Shown here one piece after another: positions 1-6,919 of a DNA stretch of 43,663 nucleotides (positions are counted from its first letter, which is position 1; each line of letters begins with the position of its first letter). Both the position numbers and the translations under genes were made by a program. Source of the DNA: a phage; sequence record PZ445529.1; one strand, 5' to 3'. Under the pieces are notes generated by a model. It was not told where the DNA came from and did not search any database. It worked only from the letters and a program-made list of their open reading frames with translations.

Positions 1-121
1 GGGGTGCTGTCCCGCTGTCCCGATCGGCTAAACCCCGCGGCAGCACTGGTGGGGACGGGGTGCTGTCCCGCTTTGTCCCGCCCCTTGTTTGTCCCGCTTT
101 TTGTCCCGCTTAGTTTATGCA
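1..121. repeat. 3' part of copy A of a 169-bp dispersed element; six GTCCCG iteron cores (mostly TGTCCCGC) and a 15-bp direct repeat ggggtgctgtcccgc at 1-15 and 57-71
   Basis: 1-121 is identical to 27667-27787; with 43616-43663 it reconstitutes the full element found intact at 27619-27787. Confidence 0.9.
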
Positions 122-159
122 GTTTTATTGCATAACTATTCAATATATTTACACTACAC

Positions 160-207
160 GGCAACCAATGCGACCAGCTAAAAACACTCGAAATGGCAAC
201 CAATGCG
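160..207. repeat. two copies of 13-bp motif CGCATTGGTTGCC (reverse orientation) at 160-172 and 195-207; a third forward copy lies at 43540-43552
   Basis: Exact 13-mers read directly; they flank element copy A in inverted orientation, just 3' of the primase/helicase gene. Confidence 0.8.
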
Positions 208-215
208 CGCAACAT

Positions 216-2480
216 TTAATCTTTTAAATCATCATCGGTCGCAGAAAGCGTGATGGGTATACTCGTTTTAATGACAATATTCGACGACCCGTAGATGGCC
301 CCGGTGTGCGGATCGGTATAAAAACCGAGCACGCCGCGCTCGACCATATCGTCGATTGCCTTCGTCGATGTGCCACCTTTCGCAAGCCCAGCCTGGCGGA
401 CAATTGCCGATTTACTGAATCCGGTATGGTCCGGGTTATCTTCCATCAGTTTTTCCAGTGCCGCATAAAGCACTTTCTCTTTTTCGTTGCGCGGTCCGGC
501 GGCGTTTTCTTCCTTAACTGCGGCTTTGCCAGCGGCCTTCGCCTGTTCGATGGCGAACGGTGCCAGGGCGACCGGTACGAGGTAAAGAGTCTCGTCGCGT
601 GGCGTGGATGCGATCGGCTTGACGTCCCAACCGGCAACCACATCGCCGAAGTCTGGCCCGGCGCTGGTGGACTGGTGGGCTTCGAACGCTTCGGACTTGC
701 GGAGATCTACCTTAACTTTGCACTTAAGCAGGACGAATCCGCGCGGCGCTTGCTTGATGCCGTTACGCGCCTTTTCGTGATACAGGTTCAATTGTCCGGG
801 CTGGTTGTCGTCCGGTTGTTCCAGGAAGAACGCGGAATCGACAGCACCATGAAGCGCGCCGGACCCGCGAGGCGTTCTGCTGCCGTTTGCACCTTTAGCC
901 GGGTGGTGGATGACGCCCGCACTGCCGCCTGTATTTTCCGCAATGGCCTTCAGCGCCTTGACCACTTCGCCCATATCGCTGGCGTTGTTCTCGTCGAACG
1001 GTTTAGCATCGGCGGACCGCAGCGCAACAGTCTGGTTGAGTGAGTCGAACGCCACCAGGCCAACCGGTTCGCCGTTAGCGGTGCGGTTGATAAAGCTGAT
1101 AACTTCGCGCAAGCCCGACTTGCTGGTGATATCCCAGCCGCGTGATTGCAGGTCAATAATGTGCAGCTTGTCCAGGTCGTGCTCGTATTTGATCTGCAAT
1201 GCTTCCTTACGCTGGTTGGAGGCTTCGCCACCTTCCGCGTCGAAATAGAAGCAATGGGACTGGACGACCTTCGCACCGCCAAACGGGATACCCGCGGCAA
1301 CCGCACCCATCTGCCCCAGCACGTAGAACGATTTACCGATGTTCGACTCACCCGCCATGTACCAGGTCGATTTAAAGTTAATCAACCCCTCGATGATCGG
1401 GTCGTGCTTACTGAACAGCGCAACCGGCTCGTTATCCAGATCCGCATCGGTGCACACGCCGTATTCTTCGCCGTCGCCAACCGCATCAACAATATGTTCA
1501 TATAAGGATTCGACTTCCTCGTCGTCCAGCCCTGGGAGGATGGCGGCGATTTGCTTACGTGACATGTTGTGCGGCTCGACGTTCAGGTGGTCCGGTATCC
1601 CGATAAGACGTAGCGCCAGGTGCTGGTGTCTGTTCAGCTCAGAGCAACACTCGTTGCCGGTGTGCATACACTTGAAACGGATCTCGCCATCCTTGACCAT
1701 AATAGCCGTCGACCCTTCGCCGCTGTGCAGATGTTCGTTCGGGCACGGCACTTCATAACCGCGACCGGAGGATAACTCCTCGAATCCTGCTTGGAAGCAC
1801 CAGTCCAGAATGCCGTCAGCCACTGCGTCGTCGCCCTGGGTAAGCTCGCGGCGTACTTCCTCTTTCTCCACTCCCAGCCTGTCAGCCCGGCGAAGCAGAC
1901 GACGCACACTGGCGCGCTTTCCGTAGTGGCACTTAATGACAGACTGCTGGTGTGGTAGGTACATCAGGCGGTTTGTGTCTTTGGTGCAATCGTCGAAGTC
2001 CACATCAGACAGGCCCAGTTGGTCTAACAGCGCGTACTGGACGCGGCCCAGGTCTTCCGCCGGTACGGGCTTGTCTGTGAGCACAAGGAAACGTGCGCAA
2101 CGCGTGCCGCCTTTCAGCGGGTGGCGGTCGCCGGTTGTTGTATGGAATACGTGCTCCAGCCCCGCATCGATGAAAGCCTTACGGCAGCGGCGCAAGGTGC
2201 GAGTGTCGGTACGGTCGATATCAAAGAACAGGATCGAGCGGTCCACCGCGCTGGTCTTACGGCGTAGGCCGTCACTGGTATATGCCACGATGCCATCGGC
2301 CTTGCGCTTGCGGCGCGCATACTCGGCTTTATCCTCGGTCTTGTTGATATGCACTGATGATATTTCTTTCGCATCATTGATAAATTCGAAAAATTCATCA
2401 GTTGTCATCTGGAAGTTTTCCGCCCTGGCTTTTTCGCCTTTTTTAGCGGGTCTTGTTACAGCGAATTTAATTAAGCTCAT
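216..2480 (-). CDS. bifunctional DNA primase/helicase (primase-type N-terminal region with Cys/His zinc motif, RecA-like P-loop helicase C-terminal region)
   Basis: 754-aa ORF; zinc motif CPNEHLHSGEGS...KCMHTGNECC; Walker A GESNIGKS; VIHHPAKG motif typical of RepA/DnaB-like phage helicases; stop 11 nt after the upstream HTH gene. Confidence 0.8.
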   Translation of the reverse strand: MSLIKFAVTRPAKKGEKARAENFQMTTDEFFEFINDAKEISSVHINKTEDKAEYARRKRKADGIVAYTSDGLRRKTSAVDRSILFFDIDRTDTRTLRRCRKAFIDAGLEHVFHTTTGDRHPLKGGTRCARFLVLTDKPVPAEDLGRVQYALLDQLGLSDVDFDDCTKDTNRLMYLPHQQSVIKCHYGKRASVRRLLRRADRLGVEKEEVRRELTQGDDAVADGILDWCFQAGFEELSSGRGYEVPCPNEHLHSGEGSTAIMVKDGEIRFKCMHTGNECCSELNRHQHLALRLIGIPDHLNVEPHNMSRKQIAAILPGLDDEEVESLYEHIVDAVGDGEEYGVCTDADLDNEPVALFSKHDPIIEGLINFKSTWYMAGESNIGKSFYVLGQMGAVAAGIPFGGAKVVQSHCFYFDAEGGEASNQRKEALQIKYEHDLDKLHIIDLQSRGWDITSKSGLREVISFINRTANGEPVGLVAFDSLNQTVALRSADAKPFDENNASDMGEVVKALKAIAENTGGSAGVIHHPAKGANGSRTPRGSGALHGAVDSAFFLEQPDDNQPGQLNLYHEKARNGIKQAPRGFVLLKCKVKVDLRKSEAFEAHQSTSAGPDFGDVVAGWDVKPIASTPRDETLYLVPVALAPFAIEQAKAAGKAAVKEENAAGPRNEKEKVLYAALEKLMEDNPDHTGFSKSAIVRQAGLAKGGTSTKAIDDMVERGVLGFYTDPHTGAIYGSSNIVIKTSIPITLSATDDDLKD

Positions 2481-2490
2481 TGCCGTTGCC

Positions 2491-2820
2491 TTACTTCGAA
2501 GTTTTGTTATTGCGTACCCAAGAGCGCACGGTGCTTTGGTTAATTCCTGTCAACTCCGCGATCATTGCCCATGACTTCCCCTCATCGCGCAAACGGATAA
2601 CCTGTTTTTTGTATTCTTCCATTTCCTCATTGTGCTTTTGCAGCTTGCTTGCTGCCGTACCGTTGAGTAATTCCAGCTTCGCGCGCAATTCTTTTTCGGT
2701 AAGTCGCAGACGTTCGATCTCAAATAGCACCGCACCCACGGCATCGGTATATGCCCAGGACCGGCTTGTCTCACTGCAAACAGTCTTAGTTAACATTTCG
2801 ATTGCGTCGTCAATATTCAT
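2491..2820 (-). CDS. small helix-turn-helix DNA-binding protein (candidate transcriptional regulator)
   Basis: 109-aa ORF; C-terminal HTH-like segment GKSWAMIAELTGINQSTVRSWV; RBS GGAGA 8 nt upstream of ATG; first gene of the operon with the primase. Confidence 0.65.
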   Translation of the reverse strand: MNIDDAIEMLTKTVCSETSRSWAYTDAVGAVLFEIERLRLTEKELRAKLELLNGTAASKLQKHNEEMEEYKKQVIRLRDEGKSWAMIAELTGINQSTVRSWVRNNKTSK

Positions 2821-2834
2821 TTTTCTGTCTCCGG

Positions 2835-2849
2835 TTGGTTAATGACCAA
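2835..2849. promoter_or_regulatory. operator-like imperfect palindrome TTGGTtaatgACCAA over the predicted transcription start of the HTH gene
   Basis: Inverted TTGGT/ACCAA half-sites; same half-site as the recurring TTGGTTGCA motif. Confidence 0.4.
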
Positions 2850-2851
2850 CG

Positions 2852-2880
2852 AAACTACACCTAAAACCGCGGGGTGTCAA
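2852..2880 (-). promoter_or_regulatory. sigma70-like promoter for the HTH-primase operon (-35 TTGACA, 17-bp spacer, -10 TAGTTT with upstream TG)
   Basis: Reverse complement of 2875-2880 is TTGACA; -10 region is the reverse complement of 2852-2857. Confidence 0.45.
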
Positions 2881-2893
2881 CTCCTTTGGAATA

Positions 2894-2922
2894 TTGAAAC
2901 GGGCGCGCACGCGTGTAATAAT
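2894..2922 (+). promoter_or_regulatory. sigma70-like promoter P1 (-35 TTGAAA, 17-bp spacer, -10 AATAAT with TG), back-to-back with the HTH promoter
   Basis: Hexamers read directly; a terminator lies only about 30-60 nt downstream. Confidence 0.4.
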
Positions 2923-2950
2923 ACTCCCGTCTCATTGTCTCTTATTGGTT

Positions 2951-2985
2951 AGCGCCGTTGCATTTTGCCTCGGCGCTTTTTTTTT
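2951..2985 (+). terminator. Rho-independent terminator (stem agcgccg/cggcgct, 13-nt loop, run of 9 T)
   Basis: Perfect 7-bp GC-rich stem followed by TTTTTTTTT, between promoter P1 and the main early promoter. Confidence 0.6.
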
Positions 2986-2995
2986 AAATTAGTTG

Positions 2996-3025
2996 TTGAC
3001 ACCTATCCTGCAACCAATCTATTAT
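2996..3025 (+). promoter_or_regulatory. main early promoter (-35 TTGACA, 18-bp spacer, -10 TATTAT) with TGCAACCAAT motif in the spacer
   Basis: ttgacacctatcctgcaaccaatctattat; drives the plus-strand early block through a ~195-nt leader. Confidence 0.55.
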
Positions 3026-3221
3026 TCCCCCCGTCGACAGGATGCAGGACGCAAACTGGAGAGGGGCAACGCAGGGGCCGGATCGAAGTGTCAGGATTCC
3101 CAACCGTGATTATATAACCCGGTCCACTACCCGAACGGGAGAACGCGCAACCGGGCAATATGTTAAGGCCACCGACGAAGTTAACTGCCGACACCTAAAC
3201 TTAACCAATCGGAGATATACC

Positions 3222-3728
3222 ATGTTTGAGCAAATCGTAAACCTGATCACTCGCGGCGTAGTAGCACTGGAAACCATCGCAAAGCATTATGAAACTGTTG
3301 GCGCTGCCGTTGGTAAGCAGGAAGACAAGAAGCCGTCTAAGGCCAAAAAAGAAGATGACGACGATGCCGCCGAAGACGAAAAACCGGCTAAAGCTAAAAA
3401 AGCACCGGCGAAAGGTAAGGCCAAAAAAGAAGTCGTAGAAGATGACGACGAAGACGCCGAAGACGAAAAACCGGCTAAGGCTAAAAAAGCACCGGCGAAC
3501 GGCAAAGGTAAGAAAGATGCTGATCCGCTGGCGGAGATGCGCGACGAAATCAAACAGTATGCCGCGATTATCGCCGGTGGTGATGACGACGATGCGAACG
3601 ACGAATTCGACGACCTGCTGGAGTCGTTCGAGATCAAATCAATCGCCAAGCTGGAAGATGACGACGTCGAAGACTTCCACACAGAGTTAAAAGAAATCGT
3701 CGAAACCTATTTCGAACTGGAAGATTAA
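3222..3728 (+). CDS. highly acidic low-complexity protein with alternating D/E and K/A-rich stretches; first gene of the early operon
   Basis: ATG at 3222 with RBS GGAG; 168 aa; contains in-frame 87-bp tandem repeat; upstream part of ORF 3042-3728 judged 5' UTR. Confidence 0.65.
   Translation: MFEQIVNLITRGVVALETIAKHYETVGAAVGKQEDKKPSKAKKEDDDDAAEDEKPAKAKKAPAKGKAKKEVVEDDDEDAEDEKPAKAKKAPANGKGKKDADPLAEMRDEIKQYAAIIAGGDDDDANDEFDDLLESFEIKSIAKLEDDDVEDFHTELKEIVETYFELED
3351..3518. repeat. in-frame tandem repeat (87-bp unit, about 2 copies) encoding EDDD(D/E)A(A/E)DEKPAKAKKAPA(K/N)GK
   Basis: Near-identical units starting 3351 and 3438. Confidence 0.8.
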
Positions 3729-3736
3729 TATATTCC

Positions 3737-3763
3737 GGCCCGCTAATCTGCGGGCCTCTTTTT
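3737..3763 (+). terminator. Rho-independent terminator (ggcccgc-taatct-gcgggcc followed by tcttttt)
   Basis: Perfect 7-bp stem plus T-run 9 nt after the stop of the acidic-protein gene. Confidence 0.7.
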
Positions 3764-3776
3764 AGAGGACGAGACA

Positions 3777-4028
3777 ATGGCACGCTTCACGCTAATCGAG
3801 GCGGTGGACTCCCGCGACCAGCGCCCGTATTATTGGCTATTCGAACGCATCGGCAATTTTCAGTCACGCGTTGCCGTAATAGATAAACGCCGCAATACTC
3901 CCGCGCAAATTAAGCGCACCACCTTTATTAATCCCGACTTTTATATTTGGGCAGACTCCAATCTGGAATATGTTCGCTTTGCAGTTGCATCCGAAGCAAG
4001 AACGATTGACCGCTGGGAGACGAAATAA
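3777..4028 (+). CDS. hypothetical protein (83 aa)
   Basis: ORF with RBS GAGG 8 nt upstream; stop overlaps next start (TAATG). Confidence 0.55.
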   Translation: MARFTLIEAVDSRDQRPYYWLFERIGNFQSRVAVIDKRRNTPAQIKRTTFINPDFYIWADSNLEYVRFAVASEARTIDRWETK

Positions 4029-4207
4029 TGAAATTCTTCGTGCTGGCAACATGCCACGAATTAGACGATCACACTTCTTTTATTGTTGAAAACACCAACG
4101 CAAGCAATTGCTTTGTGGACGCGCAAAATGAAGTTAAGCGCCGAGTCGAAAAAGCGGGCCTGGCGAATGTGAAATATGTAATTGTCCAGTTTACACGGGT
4201 GGAATAA
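4028..4207 (+). CDS. hypothetical small protein (59 aa), below the ORF-track size cut-off
   Basis: Hand-translated MKFFVLATCHELDDHTSFIVEN...; start overlaps upstream stop and stop overlaps downstream start (TAATG both ends). Confidence 0.45.
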   Translation: MKFFVLATCHELDDHTSFIVENTNASNCFVDAQNEVKRRVEKAGLANVKYVIVQFTRVE

Positions 4208-5637
4208 TGGCGATTAAACCAAAACGTAAAACGCAATCCGGTAGCAATACGGAACACTCATTACTCGGCCCGTCCGGTGCTAAAAAATGGATGGGTTGCC
4301 CTGCCGCCCTGGTGGTGGAAAAAGATATCCCGAACGAATCCGGGCAGGCGGCGATTAACGGTACGAGTATGCACACCGTATCTGAAGTCGTGCTAAACCG
4401 CATTATCGCCGGTGAAAAGCGGATAACAGCAAAGACGTATAAAGGATGTTACGTCGAGAATGAAGGCAAGGGGCCAGTAAAGGCGCACCCGAAAGCGCCG
4501 AAAGGCGGCGTACTGGTCAATGACGACATGGTGAAACAGTGCGATGCATACATCGACCACTGGCGCCCGCTCCTCGAAGTGGCGGAGTTTGTTCAGCTTG
4601 AGATGCGCGCCGATCTGACCCGCGTCCTTCATTCAGGCTTCGAGATCGACGGCAACAGGATTAAAACGTTCGGCACTGCCGATATGGTCATGGTCATGAA
4701 GAAGACCGACGGCACGTACATGCTGATTGTTGGCGACCTGAAGACGGGGCGGCATAAGGTCGAGGCGAAAGAAAACAAACAGCTTATGTTGTACGCGCTC
4801 GGCCTGCTGCGCAAGCTGCAATACATGTACGACATTACGACCGTGCGTCTGGTTATCTTCCAGCCATATTGTGGCGGGGCGTCGGAGTGGGATATTACAG
4901 TGGAAGCGCTGGAGATATTCGCGAAGTTTGCGTCCAAGCGTGCAATCGCCGCCCTGGAAGCGTACACCCGCGGCAAGAAGGGACTAACCCGCGCCGACTT
5001 CCGACCCAGCGTTGATGCGTGCCAGTGGTGCCGATTTGCGGACCAATGTAGTGCCCGGGCGAAGGCCGCAATCGACACGATGACACCACCAACGGCAACC
5101 GACGAAGACCTGGGCGACGACGTGAGTATCGCTACAGAGGAGGAATGCGCCAACCACGATCGCAATATGGCCCGCGAAGCCCGGAAGGCGGCACGACGTG
5201 CGAAGCGAGGCAAGAAAGAAGCGGCCCCCGGCGCTATGAGCGCGGCTGAACTGCGCAAGGCTTATGAAGGTCTGGACGCAATGCGCCAGCACATCAAAGC
5301 AATCGAGTCCGCGGTATTTAAGGCTGTGATGGCGGGTGATGGCGAATCGCTTGGCCTCAAGATGGTTGCCGGTAAGGAAGGGATCCGCAAGTGGGCGGAC
5401 GAGAGCGAAGTGATTGAAATCTTCACGAAGGCCCGGATCAAGCGCGATGTGATGTACAAAGAAACATTGCTCAGCCCTACTGATGCCGAGAAGGTACTGA
5501 AGGACGAGAAACCGAAAGTATGGGCGAAGCTGTGTGATAAAATCACGCGCGCACCGGCAAAACCGGTATTAGCACCAATCGACGATCCGCGCCCTGCGTG
5601 GTCGGAAGCTACTGACGAGGACTTAAGCAATGAATAA
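4207..5637 (+). CDS. PD-(D/E)xK exonuclease of the Cas4/RecB-like phage type (DUF2800-like)
   Basis: 476 aa; nuclease-core motifs GTADMVMV...IVGDLKTGRH; C-terminal Cys cluster CQWCRFADQC typical of Cas4-type nucleases; sits beside a putative SSB. Confidence 0.7.
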   Translation: MAIKPKRKTQSGSNTEHSLLGPSGAKKWMGCPAALVVEKDIPNESGQAAINGTSMHTVSEVVLNRIIAGEKRITAKTYKGCYVENEGKGPVKAHPKAPKGGVLVNDDMVKQCDAYIDHWRPLLEVAEFVQLEMRADLTRVLHSGFEIDGNRIKTFGTADMVMVMKKTDGTYMLIVGDLKTGRHKVEAKENKQLMLYALGLLRKLQYMYDITTVRLVIFQPYCGGASEWDITVEALEIFAKFASKRAIAALEAYTRGKKGLTRADFRPSVDACQWCRFADQCSARAKAAIDTMTPPTATDEDLGDDVSIATEEECANHDRNMAREARKAARRAKRGKKEAAPGAMSAAELRKAYEGLDAMRQHIKAIESAVFKAVMAGDGESLGLKMVAGKEGIRKWADESEVIEIFTKARIKRDVMYKETLLSPTDAEKVLKDEKPKVWAKLCDKITRAPAKPVLAPIDDPRPAWSEATDEDLSNE

Positions 5638-5872
5638 AGTATTCGCAATCTTATTGATGTTTTTGCTCGGCGCGCTGGGCTTTCTCCTGCATTGCGTGCA
5701 AGGCGTGTTAATGGTGGCCTGGATGATTCGCCATCCAACCCAATGGCTTGATGACGGCTATAGCGAAGCTGCCGTCGATTGGGTGGCGAAGAACATTAAC
5801 CGCCCGCCGTTAAGCTGGATCGAGAACGCGACCAACTACGTTACCAGAAATCTTTTTAATGAAAATGCTTGA
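5630..5872 (+). CDS. small membrane protein (80 aa, N-terminal transmembrane helix)
   Basis: Hydrophobic N-terminus ILLMFLLGALGFLLHCV; RBS GAGGA 9 nt upstream; ATG overlaps upstream gene end. Confidence 0.5.
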   Translation: MNKVFAILLMFLLGALGFLLHCVQGVLMVAWMIRHPTQWLDDGYSEAAVDWVAKNINRPPLSWIENATNYVTRNLFNENA

Positions 5873-5961
5873 CCGCTTAGGCACAACCAAGTAGATTAGC
5901 AACCAAGCCGGACGGGGTGGCTTCCAATAACCCCGATACATGTGAAATGAGGAATTGGAAA

Positions 5962-6690
5962 ATGGCTAAAGTCAACCTGAAAAATGTGCGCGTATGCTTC
6001 CTGAAAATTTGGGAACGTGACACCCCTAAACAGGATGGACAAAAACCGGCATACCGTGCCGTGATTCTTCTGGATAAAGAAGATCCGCAGGTGGACAAAG
6101 TGGAAGCGGCAGCGCGCGCAGTGCTCACCGACAAGCTGAAATCCGAGAAGAATGCCGATAAGTGGATGGACCGCCACTACGCCCAGGATTCGAAGGAATG
6201 CGCAGTTCGTGACGGTGACGAGCGCGACGAAGTATCCGAAGAATTCGAAGGCATGTTGTACATCAACGCTAAATCGTTCAAACAGCCAAACATTCAAACG
6301 TCACTCGGCGAGAAGCAGACCGAACAGGGTCTGACCGTAGAAGGCGACGAGATCGAAGGCCAGGAGATCTACTCCGGTTGTTATTGCAACGTGTCCCTTG
6401 ATATCTGGGCGTGGAACAACACCAACGGCAAGGGACTCGGTGCTGGCTTGCTGGGTTTACGCTTCCGTGATGACGGTGAAGCCTTCGGCGGTGGCGGGTC
6501 TTCTTGCTCCGATGAAGACCTGGACAACGACGACGAAGACGAAGCACCGCGCAAGTCCAAGAAATCCAAGCGCCGCGATGACGACGATGAGGAAGATGAA
6601 AAACCTCGCAAACGCCGCAAGTCCCGCGATGACGAAGATGAGGACGAAGACGACGAAGACGAAGCACCACGCAAACGTCGCCGCCGTTAA
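5962..6690 (+). CDS. putative single-stranded DNA-binding protein (DUF2815-like) with acidic/basic repeat tail
   Basis: N-terminus MAKVNLKNVRVCF... characteristic of the phage SSB family paired with Cas4-like exonucleases; start chosen at ATG 5962 (RBS GAGG); C-terminal DE/KR tail. Confidence 0.6.
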   Translation: MAKVNLKNVRVCFLKIWERDTPKQDGQKPAYRAVILLDKEDPQVDKVEAAARAVLTDKLKSEKNADKWMDRHYAQDSKECAVRDGDERDEVSEEFEGMLYINAKSFKQPNIQTSLGEKQTEQGLTVEGDEIEGQEIYSGCYCNVSLDIWAWNNTNGKGLGAGLLGLRFRDDGEAFGGGGSSCSDEDLDNDDEDEAPRKSKKSKRRDDDDEEDEKPRKRRKSRDDEDEDEDDEDEAPRKRRRR

Positions 6691-6708
6691 GGGCAAAGCC
6701 CACTATTC

Positions 6709-6733
6709 AAGCCCGCTTAATGCGGGCTTTTTA
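6709..6733 (+). terminator. Rho-independent terminator (aagcccgc-ttaat-gcgggctt + TTTTT)
   Basis: Perfect 8-bp stem and T-run 19 nt after the SSB stop. Confidence 0.7.
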
Positions 6734-6748
6734 ATAGGACAATGAAAA

Positions 6749-6919
6749 ATGCGTATTAAAGCCAGCGAAGTGAAAGTCGGAATGCAGGTATGGTCCAAAT
6801 TGCTGGGCGAGTATTTCACAGTTGCCGAGATTCGTAACAACGGTGAAGAGATCGCCCTGTCCGACGGCATCTTCTCCATGATCGGCAGCGCTGACGCCGT
6901 AGTGAGGATTAAGCAATGA
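6749..6919 (+). CDS. hypothetical small protein (56 aa), below the ORF-track cut-off
   Basis: Hand-translated MRIKASEVKVGMQVWSKLLGEYF...; stop overlaps polymerase ATG (ATGA). Confidence 0.45.
   Translation: MRIKASEVKVGMQVWSKLLGEYFTVAEIRNNGEEIALSDGIFSMIGSADAVVRIKQ

Noticed and set aside
1-121. Interpretation of the window-end repeat as collapsed short direct terminal repeats of a linear genome
   Set aside because: The same 169 bp occurs intact at 27619-27787 with different flanks on both sides, so it is a dispersed repeat; terminal redundancy cannot be excluded without virion-end data.
3042-3221. Upstream extension of the acidic-protein ORF
   Set aside because: No RBS at 3042; the ATG at 3222 has a GGAG RBS; the region fits a long 5' leader.
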